Origin: Candidatus Kerfeldbacteria bacterium
GTDB taxonomy: Bacteria; Patescibacteriota; Patescibacteriia; SBBC01
Assembly: GCA_016207275.1 (NCBI GenBank)
Contig: JACQPY010000018.1
Span: 23,960-87,959, forward strand
Direction of reading: 5' to 3'
DNA length: 64,000 nt
Below are positions 58,070-64,000 of the stretch, piece after piece. How positions within the stretch are numbered: the stretch's first letter is position 1; each line of letters begins with the position of its first letter. The notes under the pieces are model-generated. The model was not told the DNA's origin, did no database searches, and saw only the letters and a list, made by a program, of their open reading frames with translations. The position numbers were made by a program, and so were the translations under genes.

Positions 58070-59356
58070 TTAAAATAAGTCCTCGCTGGTGATACTCTGA
58101 CTGCGTTTGTGGTAATTGATCGACCGTTTGACAAAAAAATCACCATGCTTGGTAGCAATGATCTCGTCGTTGAACCATTCCGTTCTTTCCAGTTCTTTTA
58201 TGTCAACCGGAAAGAGTCGCTCCAGGCCGATGCTGACCAGAGAATTGTTCAGCCGATGTTTGATAAATTCTTTCACGACGTTGCTCGGCAGAAAATCGAG
58301 TTCCCCGGCCTCAAAAATCCAATCCACAATTTTCGCTTCCGCGGCAAAAGCTTCACGGCACAACTGCCTGATGTCTTCGCGAGACTGTTCATCAAACCAT
58401 TCTGGGTGTTCTCGCTGAATAATATTGATCACATCGATTCCGAACAACCCGTGAATCTGTTCCTCCTTCGAGGTTGCTTCGACGGCGTTGGAGACCCCTT
58501 TAAAGACATTCCGATACTTATTGAAGGACATGATAATCAGGAATTGCGAGAACAGGGATACGTGCTCAATAAACAATGAGAACAACAGAATTGCCCGTGC
58601 ATACTCGCGCGGGCTGTCGCTCTTGGCGTTGGCTATTGCTTTCTCCAAATATGCAATCCGTTCCATGATGACCGGAACATCTTTGATCTTGGTGAATTCT
58701 TGATTCAACCCGAGGATCTCAAGCAAATGCGAATAGGCATCGTAGTGCCGCACTTCACTTTCGGCGAAGGTGTAGCCGACTGCTCCGATCTCCGGTTTTG
58801 GCAACTTCTTAAAAATGTCCCCCCAGAATGTTTTGACCGCGACTTCGATCTGGGCAATGGCCAACATCGCATTCTTGATCGCACTCCGCTCAACCGGATT
58901 GACGTTAACCTTAAAGTCTTGAATGTCGCTGGTAAAGTTGAATTCGGTGTGAATCCAATATGAGTGCCGGATGGCGTCAGTGTATTCCGCCAGTTCGGGG
59001 TACTCGTGCGGCTTGAGATTCATTCGTTTCTTAAAAATATCCCGCTGGCGTTCTTGGGCGTGTTTTTCTCGGTACAAAATATACGCCTTGGCCACGTCAT
59101 GAAAACTGCTGTCCATCAGCGCTTCTTCTACGGCATCCTGTATCTTCTCGACGCTGGGGACGTTACCGCTAGCATCCACGCCGTCTGTTCCGGTGTACGT
59201 GGCCTGCAGTTTCCGTTCAACCTCTTGGGAAATCCGCTGGGCGTCTTCGAGGGTGCCGTGTCCGGCCGCTTGCATGGCCGAAAAAACCGCCTTGGTTATT
59301 TTTTCCAATACAAAGGGTGTGACCGTGCCGTCTCTCTTTTGAATATGGTTGAGCGT
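58070..59356 (-). CDS. nrdB: Ribonucleotide reductase small subunit (ferritin-like R2) with an N-terminal ATP-cone; probable GTG start
   Basis: The ATP-cone is IQKRDGTVTPFVLEKI...VEKIQDAVEEAL. The R2 part has EVRHYDAYSHLLE and IEHVSLFSQF metal ligands. The ORF-track N-terminal extension overlaps repeat R8. A GTG preceded by AAAGGA is a better start. Confidence 0.8.
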   Translation of the reverse strand, partial: TLNHIQKRDGTVTPFVLEKITKAVFSAMQAAGHGTLEDAQRISQEVERKLQATYTGTDGVDASGNVPSVEKIQDAVEEALMDSSFHDVAKAYILYREKHAQERQRDIFKKRMNLKPHEYPELAEYTDAIRHSYWIHTEFNFTSDIQDFKVNVNPVERSAIKNAMLAIAQIEVAVKTFWGDIFKKLPKPEIGAVGYTFAESEVRHYDAYSHLLEILGLNQEFTKIKDVPVIMERIAYLEKAIANAKSDSPREYARAILLFSLFIEHVSLFSQFLIIMSFNKYRNVFKGVSNAVEATSKEEQIHGLFGIDVINIIQREHPEWFDEQSREDIRQLCREAFAAEAKIVDWIFEAGELDFLPSNVVKEFIKHRLNNSLVSIGLERLFPVDIKELERTEWFNDEIIATKHGDFFVKRSINYHKRSQSITSEDLF

Positions 59357-59487
59357 CACGAAGATTGTCCTTTCATAAACAACAGACTTGGCTCGAGCCA
59401 AGTTCGTGTACCGCAGGACAACCTGCGCCAAGCTTAGCGCGAGCCAAAGTGCGGACCCTTGAATGGGTGCATAGACGAGATCGGGCT

Positions 59488-59535
59488 CACCCCTCCCCTT
59501 CGACCTCCCCAAGGGGAGGGGTCGGGGGTGGGGTC
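59488..59535. repeat. Family-1 hairpin R8 between nrdB and nrdJ
   Basis: cccctcccctt-cgacctcccc-aaggggagggg is an 11-bp stem, followed by tcgggggtggggtctacc. Confidence 0.6.
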
Positions 59536-59627
59536 TACCGTTGCGCGACAGCGCTGGAGTTACACCAGCTTCACCGTCTAACCGCTTCGATTTGTTAAAG
59601 TTACCTAACCGCTAAACCAGGCAAACC

Positions 59628-61904
59628 TCAGCCGCACTTCGAAAATCCGCAATTGTGGCACTTCATGCAGCCTTCGGCGATTTCCAGCATCGTGCCGCAG
59701 TCCGGGCAAGCCGGAGCATAGCCGGCGTTAGCCAAAGACTCTTTTTTCGTCCCATTAGTCACGATCGTCGGAGTCGAATTTCCGTTCAGTCCGAGTTCAA
59801 GCTTTTGCTGATTGCGGTTAACGTGCTTTTCAATCACCTTGCCGATGGCGTCTGGGAGCGACAGAATCTGTCCGCCGTCGTGCCAGGACACGTCCGGCCC
59901 GCGGATCCCTTTGATCTGGTCAACGATTTCTTTCGGCGAAATGCCGGAGCGGAGAGACAGTGAAATCAAACGGCAGATCGATTCAGACTGGGCCGCAAAG
60001 AACCCGCCGTTTTTGCCGATGGTGGCGAAGACCTCAAACGGCCGACCCTGTTCGTCGTCATTGACAGTGATGTAGAGTGAGCCATATGGCGTGTTCACTT
60101 TGTAGGTGGTGCCCTTCAAGTGCTCAGGCCGCTCTCGTGGACCGAAACCATTGGCGGTCTCAACTACTGGCGTCGGTTTAACCTGTCCATTGAGCACCGT
60201 TTTGCCAGTAGTCAGCACTTGTTCGTCCCGGGAGCCGTCGCGGAAGATGGTTACGCCCTTGCAGCCAAGGTCGTAGGCCAGGTCGTACACTTTCCGGACG
60301 TCTTCCTCAGTTGCTTCGTGCGGGAAGTTGACGGTCTTGGAAATCGAGTTGTCGACGTGTTCCTGGAAGGCGGCTTGCATCCGGACGTGGTCTGCCGGCG
60401 TACAGTCAGCCGCGGTCACGAACACCTTCTTCCATTTGTCCGGTACTTCGTCGAACTTCTGGATTGAGCCTTCATAGGCAATTCGTTCCATCAGCTCGGC
60501 CGAGTACCAGCCTTCGCGCTTGGCGATCTCTTCGAATTTAGGGTGGACGTAGACGAGCGCCGTGCCGTCCATGACCGTTTTGGTGAAGACCACGGCGAAC
60601 AACGGCTCGAGCCCTGAGCTGCAGTCAGCAATCATCGAGATCGTGCCGGTCGGCGCGACCGTCGTCCGAGCGACGTTGCGCATCGGCAGACCCTGCTTCT
60701 CAAACTCAGAACCGACGTAGTTCGGGAAATTGCCGCGCGTCTTCGCCAGTTCGGCTGACGCCCGAGTGGCCTCATCATTGATGAACTTCATCACCTTGCC
60801 GGCCATGTCTAAACCGGCCTTCGAATTGTACGGAATCTCCAGCTCGATCAGCACGTCGGCAAAACCCATCACGCCTAAGCCGATGCGACGGTTAGTCAAC
60901 GTCTTTTCGGCAATCTGGGCGACCGGGAAACGATTCATGTCGATCACGTTGTCCAGAAAGTGAACCGTTTCCACTGTCACCTTCTTCAGCCGGGGCCAAT
61001 CAACGCTGGCCTTGCCGGTCTTGGTCCGCTTGACGAAGTGGCCGAGGTTGATTGAACCCAAGTTGCAGGAATCGTAGCCGGCCAGCCACTGCTCGCCGCA
61101 GGGGTTGGTGGCTTCGAGCGTTTCCACATGTCGGGCCGGGTTGGTGGCGTTCGCCCGGTCGATGAACAGGACACCGGGATCGCCGGTCAGCCAAGCGTGG
61201 TGGACAAGTAAGTTCCAGACTTTACGGGGATCGAGCTGACCGGTGACCTGGCCATTGTGCGGCGCCACCAAATCGTACTGCTTCCCGGCCTGGAGGGCGT
61301 CCATGAATTTTTCGGTCACCGCCACCGAGATGTTGAAGTTCCGCATTTCGTTCAGATCTTCCTTGATCTTGATAAACTCAAGGATGTCGGGGTGGTCGAC
61401 CCGCAGCACGCCCATGTTGGCACCGCGTCGGGTGCCGCCCTGCTTGACGATGTCGGTGGCCGTATTGAAAATGCGCATGAACGAGACCGGTCCCGAAGCC
61501 ACGCCGTGCGTGGTCTTAACCAAGCTGCCCTTGGGGCGCAGGCGGGAAAAGGAAAAGCCAGTCCCGCCGCCGGACTGGTGGATGATCGCCTGGTGCTTGA
61601 GCGTTTCGAAAATGCCCTCGATCGAGTCCTCGACCGGCAAGACAAAGCAGGCCGAGAGCTGTTGGAAGTCGCGACCAGCGTTCATTAAGCAGGGCGAATT
61701 GGGTAAGAAATCGCGGCTGGCAATCAGCCGAAAGAACTGCTCCTCGAGCTTGACCACCTTGGTCGGCGTCGTTCCGTACGTGGCATCGGCCTGGGCGATG
61801 TTGTTGGCCACCCGCCGGAACATGTCGACTGGCCGCTCCGCTGGTTTGCCGTCTTTCTTCTTCAGATATCGCTTTTCCAGGACCGTAATGGCGTTGGCGC
61901 TCAT
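59628..61904 (-). CDS. nrdJ: Class II (adenosylcobalamin-dependent) ribonucleotide reductase NrdJ
   Basis: [12 protein letters not shown] active site and a C-terminal Zn-ribbon [13 protein letters not shown]. The likely start is [14 protein letters not shown] (ORF-track maximum 62120). The start is uncertain. Confidence 0.85.
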   Translation of the reverse strand: MSANAITVLEKRYLKKKDGKPAERPVDMFRRVANNIAQADATYGTTPTKVVKLEEQFFRLIASRDFLPNSPCLMNAGRDFQQLSACFVLPVEDSIEGIFETLKHQAIIHQSGGGTGFSFSRLRPKGSLVKTTHGVASGPVSFMRIFNTATDIVKQGGTRRGANMGVLRVDHPDILEFIKIKEDLNEMRNFNISVAVTEKFMDALQAGKQYDLVAPHNGQVTGQLDPRKVWNLLVHHAWLTGDPGVLFIDRANATNPARHVETLEATNPCGEQWLAGYDSCNLGSINLGHFVKRTKTGKASVDWPRLKKVTVETVHFLDNVIDMNRFPVAQIAEKTLTNRRIGLGVMGFADVLIELEIPYNSKAGLDMAGKVMKFINDEATRASAELAKTRGNFPNYVGSEFEKQGLPMRNVARTTVAPTGTISMIADCSSGLEPLFAVVFTKTVMDGTALVYVHPKFEEIAKREGWYSAELMERIAYEGSIQKFDEVPDKWKKVFVTAADCTPADHVRMQAAFQEHVDNSISKTVNFPHEATEEDVRKVYDLAYDLGCKGVTIFRDGSRDEQVLTTGKTVLNGQVKPTPVVETANGFGPRERPEHLKGTTYKVNTPYGSLYITVNDDEQGRPFEVFATIGKNGGFFAAQSESICRLISLSLRSGISPKEIVDQIKGIRGPDVSWHDGGQILSLPDAIGKVIEKHVNRNQQKLELGLNGNSTPTIVTNGTKKESLANAGYAPACPDCGTMLEIAEGCMKCHNCGFSKCG

Positions 61905-62059
61905 GTTGTCGAGGAGCGCGTCGTCGTCCTGACGCTTTCGTCCGTCAACCAGGGCGTCGGTAATAATCTCCTTAAGTTTTTGCTGGTCGATCGGCTGCTG
62001 CTGAACGAGCTTGCGTGGATGGACGGAACCGTTCATACGGGTGGTGATGCGAAATGTGG

Positions 62060-62587
62060 TTATGACTTTTTGAAACGCGACTTGTTCGATCGGCGCCGAC
62101 CGCGCTGGCCACCCCGCCACTGGCGGGGAGTCCCGCCGGGGGCGGGAAAGGACTTAAGTTCCTCCCAGAAACTCTCGGCGTCCGTGAAAGACCGGTAAAC
62201 GGAGGCGAAGCGAATGTAGGCCACGGGATCGGCCCGTTTCAACCGCTTCATGACGATTTCACCGATCTGCTCCGAGGTGATTTCGTTTCGGCCCCGCAAT
62301 TGGATGTCCCGCTCAACGATATTGACCAGGCGCTTGAAGCTGTCGTGGGTAATCGGCCGCTTTTCCAGCGCTTTCTTCAGGCCGGCTTCCAGCTTCTCGC
62401 GACTGTAGGGCTCTCGCCGGCCGTCGCGCTTAACGACGGTGAGGTTGAGAATTTCAACCTCTTCGTAGGTAGAAAAGCGGAAACCGCACTGCAGACACTC
62501 CCGGCGGCGGCGGACAGCCACCCCTTCGTTGACCAGGCGCGAATCGGTTACTTTGGTGTCAATGTTATGGCACGCGGGACAGCGCAT
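62060..62587 (-). CDS. nrdR: Transcriptional repressor NrdR
   Basis: MRCPACHNIDTKVTDSR...CLQCGFRFSTYE Zn-ribbon followed by an ATP-cone. The start is taken at the internal ATG (the ORF-track TTG extension is rejected). Confidence 0.85.
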   Translation of the reverse strand: MRCPACHNIDTKVTDSRLVNEGVAVRRRRECLQCGFRFSTYEEVEILNLTVVKRDGRREPYSREKLEAGLKKALEKRPITHDSFKRLVNIVERDIQLRGRNEITSEQIGEIVMKRLKRADPVAYIRFASVYRSFTDAESFWEELKSFPAPGGTPRQWRGGQRGRRRSNKSRFKKS

Positions 62588-62882
62588 CGGCGCTCCTTTA
62601 GACGGTCGGTGAGGCCGGTCGACGGCATAAAATCTGCCCACCCGCCAGTTCCGACACCCTACCAAACCTCCATTCCTACAATATCTTGTGCCTCTACCGG
62701 GTAGTATACTACTAAATATGGGGTCGGTCAAGAACCACGCCCGCGTCTTCGGCGGGTTTTGTATCCGCCACTCGGAAAAAACAACAGCCCGTTCATCATA
62801 AACCTTCTGGCCCTCTCTGTCCTGTGGATAAAACAGCTATCAGCGCCTAGCCGCTAGCTTTCAGCCGCCTGCTGCTGGCCGC

Positions 62883-64000
62883 TTACATCATCTTTTTCCG
62901 AATAAACGCCGGAATTTCGAGGTCTTCTTCCGCCTTAGTCTTTTCCGGAACCTTAGGAGCAGGCTCCGAGAGTGACGGTACTGGGGCTGATCGGGTAACG
63001 GTTGCCGGGGCAGACGGAACCGAACCAAAACCGCTCACTTCCGGCTGGCCAAAACTCATCGGTGCCTGAACCGTGACCCGGCGAGCCGCTGGTCGGGTAT
63101 CCCCCTTGCCAAAACCCGTGGCAATCACGGTAATCTTGACTTCGTCTTTTAATTCTGGGTCAACCACCGCCCCAAAAATGATTTTGGCGTTAGCGTCGGC
63201 TGAACTGGTGATCACCCGGGCGGCCTCGTTGACCTCATGCATGCCCAGGTTCTCGCCGCCGGTGACCGTAAACAGAATGCCTTTGGCACCGTCAATCGAC
63301 AGCTCCAGCAGCGGCGAGTCAATGGCCGCCTTGGCGGCGTCGACCGCGCGATTCTCGCCGGTGGCCTGACCAATACCCATCAGGGCCGAGCCTTGGTTCT
63401 CCATGATCGCTTTGACGTCAGCGAAGTCGACGTTGATTAATCCGGGGACGGTGATCAACTCCGCGATTCCCTGCACGCCCTGCCGAAGCACGTCATCGAC
63501 CGTGTCAAAAGCATCAAGCAATGATGTCTTCTTGTCGATTATCTGCAAGAGCCGGTCATTGGGTATGGTAATAATGGTGTCAACCTTGTCGCGCAACTCG
63601 ACAAAACCTTGCTCCGAAATCTGTCGACGCTGGGCACCCTCGAAGCTGAACGGTTTAGTCACCACCCCGACGGTCAAGGCACCAACATCCTTGGCGATCT
63701 CGGCCACGATTGGGGCAGCCCCGGTGCCGGTCCCGCCTCCCAAGCCACAGGTAATAAAAACCATATCGCTACCTTTAAAGTTGTCGTGGATTTCATCAGC
63801 GTTTTCTTCGGCCGCTTTCCGACCAAGCTCGGCATCCATACCGGTACCCAAACCACGCGTCGTCGTCTTACCAATGTGAATCTTATGCGGGGCGGCGTTG
63901 TGGTGTAGCGCCTGGGCATCGGTGTTGATTGCGACAAAATCGATGCCGCGAATCTTCGAGCGCATCATCCGATTGATGGCCGAACCGCCGGAGCCGCCGA
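62883..64000 (-). CDS. ftsZ: Cell division protein FtsZ, 5' end beyond the window
   Basis: GGGTGTGAAPIVAEIAK... The reading frame continues upstream of the listed ATG through GGSGGSAINRMM to the window edge, so the true start is outside the window. Confidence 0.9.
   Translation of the reverse strand, partial: GGSGGSAINRMMRSKIRGIDFVAINTDAQALHHNAAPHKIHIGKTTTRGLGTGMDAELGRKAAEENADEIHDNFKGSDMVFITCGLGGGTGTGAAPIVAEIAKDVGALTVGVVTKPFSFEGAQRRQISEQGFVELRDKVDTIITIPNDRLLQIIDKKTSLLDAFDTVDDVLRQGVQGIAELITVPGLINVDFADVKAIMENQGSALMGIGQATGENRAVDAAKAAIDSPLLELSIDGAKGILFTVTGGENLGMHEVNEAARVITSSADANAKIIFGAVVDPELKDEVKITVIATGFGKGDTRPAARRVTVQAPMSFGQPEVSGFGSVPSAPATVTRSAPVPSLSEPAPKVPEKTKAEEDLEIPAFIRKKMM

Noticed and set aside
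59357-59512. N-terminal 52-codon extension of the nrdB ORF and the 56169..56300 extension of the adenosyltransferase ORF
   Set aside because: Both extensions run through palindromic repeats (R8 and a family-2 element) and lack ATG starts. Conserved domains begin downstream with plausible RBS.

Overview
This 64 kb window comes from a high-GC (~60%) bacterial chromosome and is mostly coding on the minus strand.

Housekeeping genes I can support include:
- recO (fragment at the window edge)
- type-2 ileS, argS
- smpB followed by a candidate tmRNA
- infC-rpmI-rplT
- tRNA-Asp
- glmS
- prfB with its programmed +1 frameshift
- class I nrdA/nrdB (ATP-cone on NrdB), class II nrdJ and nrdR
- ftsZ (runs off the window end)

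Accessory content includes:
- a GT39 + GT2 + flippase-like glycosylation operon beside two tandem NHL-repeat secreted paralogs
- malQ
- ComEC, split into two ORFs
- HicAB
- a deoxyhypusine-synthase-like/CutA/agmatinase polyamine cluster
- a B12 salvage locus (DUF4430, membrane protein, cobalamin adenosyltransferase)
- HtrA, an L,D-transpeptidase and a polysaccharide deacetylase
- two DUF559 endonuclease genes
- a four-helix-bundle (IVS-type) gene
- a lower-GC islet beside tRNA-Asp carrying gene fragments and a MITE-like hairpin
- a second AT-rich islet with a degraded restriction-modification remnant

The most unusual signal is a dense web of at least three families of small GC-rich palindromic elements:
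- **Family 1** (CCCCTCC-loop-GGAGGGG hairpins) sits in-frame inside ileS and the GT39 gene and flanks both DUF559 genes.
- **Family 2** (AACCCCGCACC-[variable hairpin]-TGGTGCGGGG) has 11 or more copies. At three loci (prfB, cobA, tRNA-Asp) it lies between a complete gene and a diverged duplicate of that gene's 5' end.
- **Family 3** combines TTGAC/GTCAAATGTCA arrays with catcc/gaccc hairpins.

IleRS also carries an inserted histidine-phosphatase (PGAM-like) domain.

All coordinates read from the raw sequence are approximate (+/- a few nt). No CRISPR array was seen.
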